A DNA stretch of 64,000 nt from the human T2T-CHM13v2.0 reference genome, Homo sapiens: NCBI RefSeq assembly GCF_009914755.1, contig NC_060927.1, one strand, 5' to 3'. The translations under genes and the position numbers were made by a program. Shown here one piece after another: positions 63,055-64,000 of this stretch; position 1 is the stretch's first letter, and each line of letters starts with the position of its first letter. The notes beneath the pieces were generated by a model. The model saw only the letters and a program-made list of their open reading frames with translations, searched no databases and was not told the origin of the DNA.

Positions 63055-64000
63055 CTTTAGAGACCAGAATTCTTCTAAATTGGAAAATCATCCCATTTGC
63101 TTGCTCAGCACCCTGCATAGGGTCTGACACATAGTAGGTACTCAATATAATTGTTTGTTGAATGAATCTAAACTTCAAATTTGTTCCCAAAACGATTCTT
63201 TTGGATATTGAAAGAAAAGCTGCCATTATTCTATTTATACAAAAAAGTGGCAGAGGTTGATTTGAAAATATGTTAGTGTCTTGAGGGTTTTAACTAGCAA
63301 TATTTCAGTTGTTTCATAAAATTTAGTAGTGCAGTTTGTAATAGGATATGTCTATGTAAAGAGGTGGATTTTTATTTTGAACTGCACAGATCTTCTTGTG
63401 CTTTCATTTTGATTTTGAATTTTGATTTATTGCAAAGAGAAAAATGGGCACAATTTTTTATTTCAGTTAATTTTTTAATTAAATAAAATACTGGCAATCT
63501 GAAGAGGAGGAATTCTTTGATTCTTTGACATGTCAGACAGCAAGGTCATAAAATACAAAGAGAAACATGCATTAGAAAGACAGAAGAAGAAACAAAGGTC
63601 AGAAATAGACTCAAAGACCCCATGGAGCAGTTGAATCTGTCAACCTGCTGGTGGTTTTCAAGCAGGGGAAATCTTGCTTTTGGCCACCCGTTTGCTTGAC
63701 CCAGCATCTGAAGGGTAATTCTTTTTTAATTTCTTATAGCCTTGTTTAGTTATGTTCCTGGCTGAATACTCATCTTTAAAGTTCAATTAATAATGTCCCA
63801 TTGAGGAAGAATACGTTAGCATTTGGCCGCGAAGTCATTTCGGTCCTCTTTAAGGTCTCTACAATAAATTGCCACTACTGAAAATATCACTTAGTTTTTC
63901 CCAAAGTGTATTTCCTGTCATATCTTAACATGCCAATTTCATTTAGGATTTAGGGCCCCTGGGAAGAGACTATATTTCATACATGGTACTTTTGTTTAAC

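Overview
Primate (almost certainly human) genomic DNA, AT-rich and CpG-poor, lying entirely inside the + strand gene RBMS3 (RNA-binding motif single-stranded-interacting protein 3). Five coding exons with GT-AG boundaries and compatible phases (2587-2633, 15810-15906, 18136-18186, 54490-54600, 62611-62658; probably exons 8-12, numbering from memory) splice into the C-terminal low-complexity region AGMALTYDPTAAIQNG-FYSSPY...STYQ-VQST...MQPT-GAVI...TTGT-IQSQ...LLCQ. The rest is intron with Alu, L1, L2, MIR, MaLR LTRs, hAT MITEs and microsatellites. Apart from short ORFs that overlap real or candidate exons, the ORF track is noise. The most interesting signal is a possible hidden splicing layer: three candidate frame-preserving, phase-matched cassette exons (99 nt at 11795, 54 nt at 16433, 54 nt at 59276) and an upstream alternative acceptor of exon 11 that would create a stop codon. 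Also noted: an old ~210-bp duplicated module in intron 11, a perfect 22-bp RFX X-box palindrome, a POU/SOX motif cluster, candidate antisense splice signals and an AluYb8 without a clean TSD. All of these are sequence-level inferences that need RNA-seq and conservation checks.
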